Of a stretch of 64,000 nt of DNA, positions 33,901 to 44,797 are shown piece by piece (the first letter of the stretch is position 1; each line of letters starts with the position of its first letter). Under the pieces are notes generated by a model. That model was not told the origin of the DNA, ran no database searches, and worked only from the letters and a program-made list of their open reading frames with translations. Position numbers and translations under genes: made by a program. The DNA comes from Lepidodermella squamata (lineage: Eukaryota; Animalia; Gastrotricha), in contig JBLDXI010000001.1 of NCBI GenBank assembly GCA_047495785.1, positions 3,596,001 to 3,660,000 of the forward strand. The letters run 5' to 3'.

Positions 33901-36900
33901 GTTAGATGAATTTGCTGAAACTAACAGTCTTCCGTTGCTTATCATGCCCACTCTTGCCGCTGAGTAGCCAGCGCCGATTGTGATAAAATGCGTCTCAGAG
34001 TAACCGTCCACCTTTGCGTACAATGCCAAGGTCCAAGAGTTGCGGACCTGTGGAGAGGGCCAGCCATTCCAACCATTCCAGTTTGAGTGTCTTTGTGTGC
34101 TCTGACAGCTGAATCCATGAGTTCTAATGGTATAAGGCCCCGGGTCATGCCAAAAAGTGCAAGCCTGTGACATGTAGTAATTGGTCGCAACGGTACCAGA
34201 GTGATCTCGGAGCTTTAAAACACATAGCGCAAAATATTGGCTTCTTCAGCAACATTATTTGCAACTAAAAATTACCCAACTCATTTCGTCTTGAACAATG
34301 GCAAAGACAGGGTTCGGAGCTAAAAATAAAGTATAATAAAGTTTGACGAGTTTGAAGATTATTTTGTTTACTAATGGTTTTCTTGGGGCAGGCCGAAACT
34401 TGCTGAATTTCTCGCGGTGTCAAGGCACCACTGAAGATTTGAAAGCAAGCAATGTCTGCGCCTGAGTATTCTGAAGCCGGCAATCCTCCGATTCGGAATG
34501 GTCCTGAAGTCGGCAACTGGCAGCCGAGTGGCAGTTTTCGAGAGAAAAGAATCTCCCCATCGTGGTAAAGGGTCATTTTGGACAGCCCCATGTCATGAAT
34601 AAGAGCGACCGGGCGTATCCGTGAACCTACAGCGGCAACAACACGTCGGTAAGGAGCATTGAAAGTGACAGAATAAGATGGCTGATTCTTGCAGGCAAAG
34701 CTGACGACCAATCCAGCGTTTGCTGTTTTCAGAGTGAAAACAGGGTTAGCAGTATTTGAAGGGTCCATCCAGGCCACCAAAGTTTCAGGTCCCGGTAATC
34801 CCCAACGAGCCAGCCAGAACGTCATTGTCATGCCATTCTTGAAGTCAAGCTGACCCCCGGAGTTCGCATGGGTCACCCATGTAGTAGAGCCGGAGGTGAA
34901 ACCGTAGGCTGACCTCGGCACGTTAAGAGGACCAGTAACTGTACTAATTCCAGACCCGACAACGCCGTTAATACCCTGTCCCAAGAAGTCATTAGCTCCC
35001 GTTACGTCATCAAACGTCCATAAAAACTGAGGAGTAGGACCTGGATGCAATTAAAATCAAATGCATGGGCAGTTGATAGTTGATGCTTACTTGTCCACGG
35101 GCATCTTTTAGCATCGTCCATTTCTTGACGACTTAGTGATCGCTGATACATCTGCACACAGGCCATTCGACCTACAAAATACGCCCCATCGTTGATTATA
35201 TAGCGACCCAAATAAAGCGGCGTCATTGTGTCCGAGTCGCCTTGAATGCCGAGGTACCATATTCCGACCAAATTGTTGTTAGCGTAAAAGTAGAAGTGGC
35301 CTGAAATTCAAAAACAGCCACTTATGGTTGTAATTATTGCAAAATAACTTCGCAAACCTGTTGACTGGTCCCATGTCATCCCAACAAAAGTCCACTTGTT
35401 AGAATCAATAGCGTGAATGATCGTGTAATGATAACTATCTCTGAAATTTGTATGCATAATGCCATCTCCGGATTTCCAGAGTATAAAGCCGCAGCAAGGA
35501 CCACCCCAATATCTCGGGAAATGAATCAAAGGCTCGTGAACATTATCCCGATAAGGATATACCCAAAGGAACACCGAGACTGTTCTAGGGCCGGCATACA
35601 ACCAGTTTGGATTCCATTTGCTGTTAGGAATGACAACGCCCCCATTGTTATTCATTTCGAGCGCGCCCATTGGTTGGCCGTAAATTCCAGTGGTGAATAC
35701 AGCTCCCTTCATTATCGTACCATCATTTCCATTGCCAGAGATATCGTTAGCATACGTGTTATGATCTAAAAGCCACAAGCCCACCGGATCCAATGCTGTA
35801 ATTGCAATGTCATTTCTAGGACACTTATTTCATTCAAAAATTACATGACAGCATCCGAGCTGGTCGCATGGAAACATCAGTCAGCGTTTTAGATTCACCA
35901 AGATCCACGCTGACGTAACTCTGCGCGTTTGCATTAGGGGGCACGGTGACGCAGGATGAAAGCAGACCTGCTCCGTCGATCTCACTTTCATCAGTCAGCT
36001 TACCCGTGGCGATTCCCATATCAGACCACAATGGATTAGCACTGGCGACAGCAGTTTTCCCACTTGCATGGTCTTTTGCGTAGTATTTGTAAGGAATCTC
36101 CTTGCAGCCAAGAATTTCGTAACGCGCGCAAACATAGCCACCTTGCGTTTGTCGGATCATCATTCTGACCTTGCGAGCTAGAATCGGCTTGTCAAAAAGA
36201 AGGGTCCGTAGCTGGTCGAGCGAACCGCCTGGCATCGCATCGAAAATACGCCTTCGATTGCGATCTTCGTAGATGTTGAAGCCTGATGGACATTCAGATG
36301 ATGCGCAGTAGAAGATGGACATTTTCGCAGGAATGTAGGTCCCCCAACCACGGCATGTTTGAAGAATCGCAGCGGTTGCCTTTCAATGAAGCATTCACAA
36401 GAATTTAAGAGTTGAGGCGACGTTGAACAAACTTACGACGTAATCTTTACCGAAATCGATCTCCATCCAAGCATCGCCCAAGTTATTTCTCGTCCCTTGA
36501 ACTGTATGCCACGAGGCGAATGGGTTGTTTAAGTTAATGTTCCATGGGGTGGTCCTTGCATCCCAATAACCATATGAGCTGTAACGTTCGTTCGGGAAAT
36601 CGTATTCTTGCATTCCCAGGGAGTCTATGAAAAGGAAAGAAATAAGCAATAACAAAGAAATCTTGCTTCCATACCTCTGCAAAGTGCTGAACAGCCATGG
36701 ACTTCAAACTGCGCACAGTAAGGATTGGTACCCCATGACTGAGGATATATTCTCACTCCCTTCGCCATAACAGGTCCATTGACCAGCGTCAGGTAGTAAG
36801 GCGTGGCAGAATCCGCTGTCGATTTGTGGCCTTGGAACAGGTACGTATTGCCATCTGCGCCTTTGTAGTAGTTATCATTCAGCCACGTGCTGCCATCACC

Positions 36901-37781
36901 GCTAGTCATTAGGTAGTACGTATAAGGAACCCTTGACAGATAACCTCGGACAGTGAAGCCATGGATCCAGTAGATCTTGTCGAAGACGACTTGCCACCAC
37001 GTGTTAGTATTAGGATTATTTACGCACCAGCCGTAAGGGTGATACAATCGGCCGGACCAGGGTCGGTTCGTTTCAGCATTCCAAGAACTAGCTGTTATTT
37101 GACTGTTCATCACACGATAAGGGCCGTTGAACTGAACTTCAGACCCAAGAGGTGGATCTCTAGGTGCTGCTGATACACCAAGAGGCTGAGGATTCTCGCA
37201 AGCTGAAACAATTAATCCCTTTTAAAAGTACTCCCAAATCAAAATCCCATTTCTTACGCCTCGAGATTGTCCCGTTGAGAGCGATCAGCCATCGAGGTAC
37301 AGACTCAGTCAACTGCTTGATAGGTGCTTGTTGCTGATAAATAAATTCGGGGATAAATTCGTTGGGTACCTAAGATGGATCTCTCATACCGTAAGCCAAG
37401 TGTAGTTGGCTATATCGAACGAAATGTCATTCGCAGTTCCAGCAATTGGCTTCAAGATCGAGCTGGTCCCAATCGCAGCTGAGTAGTGAGTACACTGCTT
37501 CGTCGCTCGGTTGTAGTAAGCCGAGTAACATCCAACTGTCTGGTTAGGGCAAGTCGAGGCACAAAAGTTTTCGTTAGCAGCTGTGAACCTGTAATCAAAG
37601 CAGAATTTAGGAATTTTCGGTTAGCCCTCGAAACAAACTTTGCCAATTCGTAGGATGTTATATTATCCCCACTAACAGCTACATCTGGCTTTTTCTGGTC
37701 GAATCTCAGGAAGTGAGCTCCTGCGCTCACCTGACTGGGCGCTAAGACCAATACAAAAAGGTAAACTTGCATAGTCGTCAT
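30913..37781 (-). CDS. Large secreted mosaic lectin: signal peptide, PAN/apple, 4x F5/8 type C, 3x LamG/pentraxin-like, 2x F-type lectin-like domains (~20 exons, roughly 1,900 aa)
   Basis: Signal MQVYLFVLVLAPSQVSA; PAN CASTC...GCYSAYYN...C; F5/8C ITASS...WWQV...RIYPQSW...EVHGC; LamG PVGLWLLD...F.GRMACVQMY.RSLS..E; F-type WLAVDLG...EVRVGN...NPIC...GRYV...LAEIMVY. Junctions checked were GT-AG. Confidence 0.88.
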
Positions 37782-38516
37782 CTCACATATTCGCAATCTG
37801 GTAGGATATGAGAGATTCGAAAACAGACTCTCGCCTCGCAGGTCATTAATTTTTAACGCGGCCAAGTGCGCAAAAAAGCGCGCGTGATGATGAAACAATC
37901 AAAAGAGCTCATCGAGGCGGCGGTTGATCGGATTTATCTGGTATGGTTTCGCATTGAAGGCTGCCGGTTGCTCATAGTTATACGCTTAAAATATTTATGC
38001 ACCGTTACATCTTTAAGAATAGATCCTAAGGAAACAATTGTTTGTTATGCAATTCATACACAGTGACGAAATCGATGGCGCACTGTTTCGTCTTGGATTA
38101 AAGTAATTTTGCTTTAAAAAAACAAAAGCATGCATCGCGATTTTTCGACGAAACCTAAAAGCCTTATGTTTTATCGATTGCCTCGAACGCAGGGTCGTAA
38201 CATTGAACACCTATAGCCAAGTTTTCGATATAGGAATTTGACCTGCAATTTCGTAGATCAATTGCAACCGTTCGAAGTTTTCTAGTTCCAGTTGTAAGAA
38301 GACATGAGTCGAATACCAGACTAAAATAGGTATGGCCAAATCTTCAGGTCTGCGCACAAACTCGTATGAAAAAATGTGTATGTGATTTGTAATAAGTTTT
38401 TTGCCGGGGTCGTATGTGTTGGCGAAAAGAAATCGCATACAGACCCGTTCACAAACTGATTTCTTTTCTCCCTGTATGTGATTTTTTTCTGGCCGAAGAG
38501 GCCGCTGAAAAAAATG

Positions 38517-38590
38517 ACCAACTTCGATGGGGCTCGAACCCCGTCCGCCCGTTGAACAGGCCAGTATGATAGCAACTGCACTATGTTGCC
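38517..38590 (-). pseudogene. tRNA-derived sequence (Asp-like)
   Basis: ATAGTGCAGTTG A-box-like, CCTGTTCA, GGGGTTCGAGCCCC T-arm, then T7; acceptor and anticodon stems decayed. Confidence 0.55.
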
Positions 38591-38768
38591 ATCATATTTA
38601 TCTGTCGCTATAAAAAGGCTAATTATTGGTTGCTAATATCTATAAAAGCTATCCGCGTTTTCTGGGTCAAGTGCGGGCATGAATCATTAACCTTCGACTT
38701 GTTTGTTTACGCTTTCATCAATGCATTTTTTGCCTTAAAGCCTAATTCATAGGTCACACATTAAGCTT

Positions 38769-38841
38769 GACGGCTTAGCCATGTCGATATAATTATCGAT
38801 GTGTGCGAAGTCGTTCAAGGGTTCGATTCAACGTGCCGCCA
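38769..38841 (+). pseudogene. Degenerate tRNA-like sequence
   Basis: 73 nt, GACGGC/GCCGCCA ends, TAGC at the A-box position, GGTTCGATTC B-box, T run downstream. Confidence 0.35.
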
Positions 38842-39042
38842 TCCCTTTTTTCAGTGGCCTCTTCGGCCAGAAAAAAATCACATACAAGGAGAAAAGAAAT
38901 CAGTTTGTGAACGGGGGCTGTATGCTTTTTGCTGTATGTGTATGTGTTTGCTCGCATACGCATGAGAAAAAAAAAGAAACGAGTTTGTGGGAAGGCCTTT
39001 CGGACCCCGAAACAGATTCGATATTTCCAAAAATCAATGGCA

Positions 39043-39114
39043 AGCAGAGTGGCGCAGTGGAAGCGCGCTGGGCCCATAACCCAGAGGTCTGTAGATCGAA
39101 ACTACGCTCTGCTA
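39043..39114 (+). tRNA. tRNA-iMet: Initiator tRNA-Met (CAT)
   Basis: Identical to 30427-30498; T-run terminator. Confidence 0.97.
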
Positions 39115-41674
39115 AAGCTAATGCTTTTTATTTCTTTTTTTTATTTCTTTTTTCGATTAATCTGAGATTCGAGGTCAAAGGAGATTCGATTGCCCGTTGA
39201 TCAGAAAAATAATTAATGCACCCTTCTTTATCGCTCAGGTAATCGATTGTATGCGCATGATTTTTACCAAGTTATGTTTCCATCATATTTAAAATTTTCT
39301 CACTTCTCCAATTTTTTCTGAACTGGTGCCGCGCTATTGAATGTCCTCATTTGGAGCTGAGCTGAAAATTGTGTCCGCGATTCATCGGCTGCAATGACGC
39401 CTCATTGTTATTATTGTATCTAATTTATTGTTGTTATTGTAACTCATTGTCACAAAGCAATAAAAGCGGCGTTTAGCCGGGCGTAAAACGCGCTCTTTTT
39501 CCCGTCTTCCGAGCGGGTGCTTGTATGAAAATAAAATTCAACGACATAATAGCAGTCGAAGTATCATCATCATCGCATAATAACTCGAGTAAAATAAATT
39601 TTCATTGGCCCGGCGACTCATCGCCGTGCCAATTGAGCTGAATAATGGCGGTGAACAATGATCGAGTCGCCGAATCGAATTAGCCGCCAGCGTGAGCTCA
39701 TTGCGCCGCGTAATTGCGCTGTTGACAAACACACTTTTCAACAATAACAGGAGGAGTAGCAATGCATACTCTCAATGTATAAAACAGAGATAATGCGATG
39801 TATATGCAGCTTAATCGCCGGCGCTTAACTCGATTTTTGTTCAGACCAATTGCCAATTGACAGCATCATCGACAGGAATAAAAGACTTTCGAGAGATACT
39901 TACATAAGTATATACTCAATTTTATTACCAGTTGAAAGTGTGCGCAACATTATTATAACTTCGCGCAAAAAATGCGCCGGTTTTAGGTCACTTTACGCGC
40001 ACCTTTGGTGAAATTATTACTGCAACTGGGACTATGCACAGAACATAAGAATATATGAACTACCTGTGCCCCAGATTTACGCCTCGTTCCTAAATACTTA
40101 CGTGAAATAAGAAGAGACACTTGCGCTACGACATTTGCGCAAAATATTTTGTTTTTCATTTTTTCTTATGCCTATTCTAAACAAATTTCTATTAATTTAT
40201 ACAAATTAATTTCACATTTTTATGCCATTGGTTCCAGCTTAAGCGAAAAGCCACAGTTATGGTCTCGGAATATTTCCCGAAAAAAATGGGTTTTTTTTAA
40301 TAAAAGCCCAGGACTTACGCTTTCCCACCCAAACTTTGCCAAAATTTTACCTATCAATACCTCTCAAAATCTGAAATTCTGAAATCGATTTTGCCTGGCT
40401 GTCTAAGCGATCCATTCGCAAGACCAAGGACCAACTGTCGGTTCACAAAAGTGTGTAATGTAACCTTGTGCGCGCTTATTTTAGGTCACCGCGCGCGCAC
40501 TTCCGCGGCACAGCAATTAAGGCGGGCGTGCGGGCGTGACTGGGCTCGCTTGACGCTGTTGGCACGTGCCCGCCACATCCGAGCACCGGTATCGTTTTTT
40601 TCGCCCGCTTCTGGTAACCGCACTGTATTGTTTCTCGTTATATTCACCTACTAAACATATTGTTATTAGTATAACAACAAGAAGGAGGCAAATAATGAGT
40701 GTGTTCAGGTATAGCCAAGTATACTATATTAGACATGCGACGATTGCCATGTTGACAAGATGATTGTCGTCGAGGGCCGGCCGCGGCAATGCGATATCAA
40801 TGACATGTTTTGCCTGATAGTGATGTCCTGCTGCTTTTTATTATTATATAACAATAAAAGGCGTATTTTTCGACAATAATCGAGCAATTGCGATTGAGCG
40901 GTGTTTGCCGAGCACCTGTCAAATGGCGTGCCGGCGCATCTGCCAGCGCAACAAAGCGCGACGCCGAGTGGTCGGGGTGCTTGAAATAGCTACCTGCCTC
41001 GCGCAAGAGGGTGACATGATCGAGAGCTATCGCGGCGTAATTGCGCGCTGCTCGTAATTGAGCGCAAAACTGCCACCGTTCTGCCTGCAGCCGCGCCGAT
41101 GTGCACCCCGTTACATGTACAGCGCGCATCTTAACGTCAAAAATCATCATCATCAGGCTCATCAGCAGTAGCCCTTGTTCTCTCTTTATCGCAGCTATTG
41201 GCTGCCTTGTTCCAAGGCCGCGTCGAATGGCGCAACTCCTTTATCAACTCGGTTACCTCAAAAATAACAACAAGAAAATATATTATTATTTTATTGTAAT
41301 CACCCTGTTCGCATATACCCTATGTTCATTAAGCCATTTTTCTTTCGTTTTTCCACAATTTTCGAAACCTTGGCTAGTTATTGCGCTTTTAGTGCGAGTT
41401 TAATAGAATTTTATTACCATGACCTATTTATTAATAAGCTCCGCCCCTTTCCTCCATTCAACTTGAAACCTATTGGGAAACGCTGCCAACTCAAACATAG
41501 ATAAGCAAAAAAATTTGAGAATTGAAGAAATGAAGAATTTTGAAGCTTCCAAGCCATTTTACTTAGATTCCTGCCTTTAAATTTTGTGGGGAAAATTAAT
41601 TTAAATATATTCCTCTTTTTTTAGCAATATTGATTTGATTTATTAAAACCGATTCTGAATTGTGAAACGGAGAA

Positions 41675-42908
41675 ATGACAAGTAGCAACTTGGCCTGTAG
41701 CGCCGATTTTGCGGCCGCTCTCGCCGCCGTCGGTTGCAGCCTGGCGCAACCGGTCCCAGCATCAGCACCCGGGCACCACCAGCGTTCGGGGCTTAGCCAT
41801 CTCGCGGCGTTGAATAACCACGTCAACACCTCCCACCCTACACCGGCTCAACTGTTCAGTCTCGGTCATCACCACCAGCATGACCTGGCCCACGAATTGG
41901 CGGCCGGGCAGCATTTGGCGTGGTACCACCCGGCCCAGGCACAGGCGCACTTCCTCGACGGGCATCATAACGCGCATAAAGCGGCTCTTGCGTTTCATCA
42001 ACAGCAGCAACAACAACAGCCTCAACAGCCTCATGTTAAACGGCCCATGAACGGTAAAAAAATTTCGAAAAATTCCAGTTTTTCATCATTTTCTCAAGGA
42101 ATTTCGGGTAAATTTCGAAATTATTTCGAGAGGTGGAAAATTTAAAAAATGCGACAAAATGCGAGCCGTAAAATTTTGGAAAACTAAATTTTTCAATTTT
42201 TCAAACTTAATATCTTTTGATTTAAAATTCAATTTCAAAAGAGCAAAATATTCTAAAATGTTTCATAATTCTTCGATTTTTTTTCCAGCTTTCATGGTGT
42301 GGTCACGTGGCCAGCGGCGCAAGTTGGCAACGGAGAATCCTAAAATGCACAACAGTGAAATATCGAAACGCCTCGGCCACGAGTGGAAGCTGCTGAACGA
42401 GGACGCGAAACGGCCTTACATCGACGAGGCGAAACGCCTGAGGTCTCTTCACCTGCGCCAACATCCCGATTACAAGTACCGACCGCGGCGCCGAAGCGCC
42501 AACGCTGGGACCTCGGTCGGGTTCTCCCGAAGTGGGTTCCAACTGCCACCTCTGGGCGCCCTCACCCATCACGCACCCACCGGGTCAGACCTCGCCCTGG
42601 CGACGATGCTGATGAATGGCGGGCAGAGTCTTCTAGCGGCAAAACATCAGTTACCTCTATTACTAGCCGCGGGTTCCAGCTACGGAACCCGGGTCGGCGA
42701 GTCTACGTCATCGTCGCCAGCTAAAACGTCCCAATCGCCGAATTCAAGCAACGGCGGTCAGATGATGGCTGATTTTATGTACCAGCAATTACTAGCCGGT
42801 ACCAAGAGCACGAACCCTAGTGGTACTAATTCGGGTACCAACGCTGGGGACGATGATGATGACGACTTGACAAGTGAGGGCACGATTGATGTCGATGTCG
42901 ACGAGTGA
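41675..42908 (+). CDS. SoxB2: SoxB HMG-box transcription factor (SoxB2; Sox14/Sox21-like)
   Basis: HVKRPMN|[12 protein letters not shown]...[19 protein letters not shown]...[13 protein letters not shown]...[10 protein letters not shown]; intron 42054-42288. Confidence 0.92.
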
Positions 42909-43617
42909 AAACCATATGCATTTCTGTTGTATTTTTTTTCGGCCCTAGAAAAATTGACTGGTATCGTGTTTTGCTCATGGCGGCGCTAATAATGTGGCGA
43001 TGAAAATAATTTATTTATAAATAATTGCAGTAATATATTCTGATATTTATTATAACAAATTTATTGTCATTATACGTTGTGCTGAAAATGCATCGCATGT
43101 CTTCCGTTTCTTTCGAGATTGAACGAAATAAAATCGAAACCAAGAATGAAAATTCCTTTTATATTTAAACAACAGGGTTCCAAGATTTTCGCAGGTTGCA
43201 GGGTGATCGGGATATGAGGCATCAATTTGCATAGCGAACTAATTCATTAACTTACTCAACAGAATAAAAACTGGAATTTTATCGGCAGAATTATTGAAAA
43301 TCAATCACATTCGATTATCGGAAATCGATTATCGGAAATCGATCATTTGATCGATCGATCATGTGTTGGTAAAGATTCAGAATTTCGTTGTATAGCAGCT
43401 GAAATTTAGCAATTCCGACAATACTGTAAAACAACTAAAATTGCCGCATTCACGTTATTGCAGGAAAGGCGGAAAAAGCCGCTATTTCTTTGATCATAAT
43501 TAATGTGCAAAGAGGTAGAAAGCTGGAATATTTACATAAATTATCTTGAATCCAACTTGAATTTATTTGAAAATGAATAATAAAAAATAAAAAATAAAAA
43601 TAAAAAAAGTGTAGCTT

Positions 43618-43689
43618 TAGCAGAGCGTAGTTTCGATCTACAGACCTCTGGGTTATGGGCCCAGCGCGCTTCCACTGCGCCACTCTGCT
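43618..43689 (-). tRNA. tRNA-iMet: Initiator tRNA-Met (CAT)
   Basis: Reverse complement identical to the other two copies; T-run terminator. Confidence 0.97.
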
Positions 43690-44797
43690 TTGCTGATAGC
43701 GATTGTTTTCTTAAAAAGCTATAAACTTTTCGCCATAGCCCAGCTGATCAGCTACGTTTTATTTGACATTAAACACCTGCTGACTGTTCAAATGTTGCGT
43801 CTTCCCACGTATAGTGCTTCTCCTTCACTGCACTTTCAGTTCGTCGGTTCATGTCATCGCGAAATGATGGTGAGCTACTGTGAAAGAAATCGATGCTCAT
43901 CTTCTATATCACATGGATTAATATCATAAATAAGCATCAAGCGATCAGTTGTCTCGTGTGTAATTATATATACGAGACACGTGTAGTAACACGTCGCCGC
44001 CCGAAGCAGTATAAAACAAGAACGCCACTTGCCCCGGCCAGCACTTGCTTTTATTGCATTACAAACAGCAGTGAGGCGGTTGCGGGTGTCAAATATCCGC
44101 CATGCACAAGCTCTAGTCATATCGCGTGGCTGGCGTGGCAGCTGAGAGCCGAGATTGTGGCACGGCCAAGCGAGTTTGGCTCCTAATAAAAGTGAGACAA
44201 GCACACAGCCACAACACTATACCACGACTGCTCCGCCGCCTATTCGAAATCTGAGTAAATAATAGAGAAATTTCCCTCTCTGTAACTGTATGCCTTTAAT
44301 AACGACGTATTCTTTTACTATTTTCGTACGGAACATTATCGCCTACAATAAGCTTTACTTTACAGCCGCATTAAAGAATTACGAGAAAATTTTCTTATTA
44401 AGGTGGATTTTTCGCATTTTTAGATTAATTATTGCGCATTTAACCTCCTCGCCAAGAATTTGGGTCATCGTAATTTACGTAATCTAGGTCAAATAATTTC
44501 CATATGAAAATTATCTTTTATTCCCTTTTAGTAAAAATAATTTCCTTCAGGTGAAAAACTTTCTATAAAATTACAAATTTTATTGATTTTAGACGCTAAA
44601 GCTTCAGTGCAAATATTTTCTGAGTGATTAATCACACAATCTCGCACTCTATAATTTCTTTATTTCATCACAATCGAGAAACCCCATGAGGTTATCACCC
44701 TCACGTAATTCGATTGTGTGCGAAATTCATATAGTACTAAAACTCACACCGACGCTTCATTTTAGATAGTTGTTTCTTATAATTCTGAGAATTCGCA

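Larger units (their letters stand above)
38435..38925. repeat. ~80-bp inverted repeat enclosing two divergent tRNA-like sequences
   Basis: 38435-38514 versus 38846-38925: about 4 differences. Confidence 0.85.

Noticed and set aside
12474-33925. Four other stop-free 3n introns (12474-12524, 31230-31283, 33074-33124, 33875-33925) read through by the ORF track
   Set aside because: Only 51-54 nt each; this many is about what chance gives among the dozens of mini-introns. Treated as ordinary introns.
43311-43360. Short tandem CGATTATCGGAAAT x2 and GATC repeats
   Set aside because: Too short; no spacers, not CRISPR-like.
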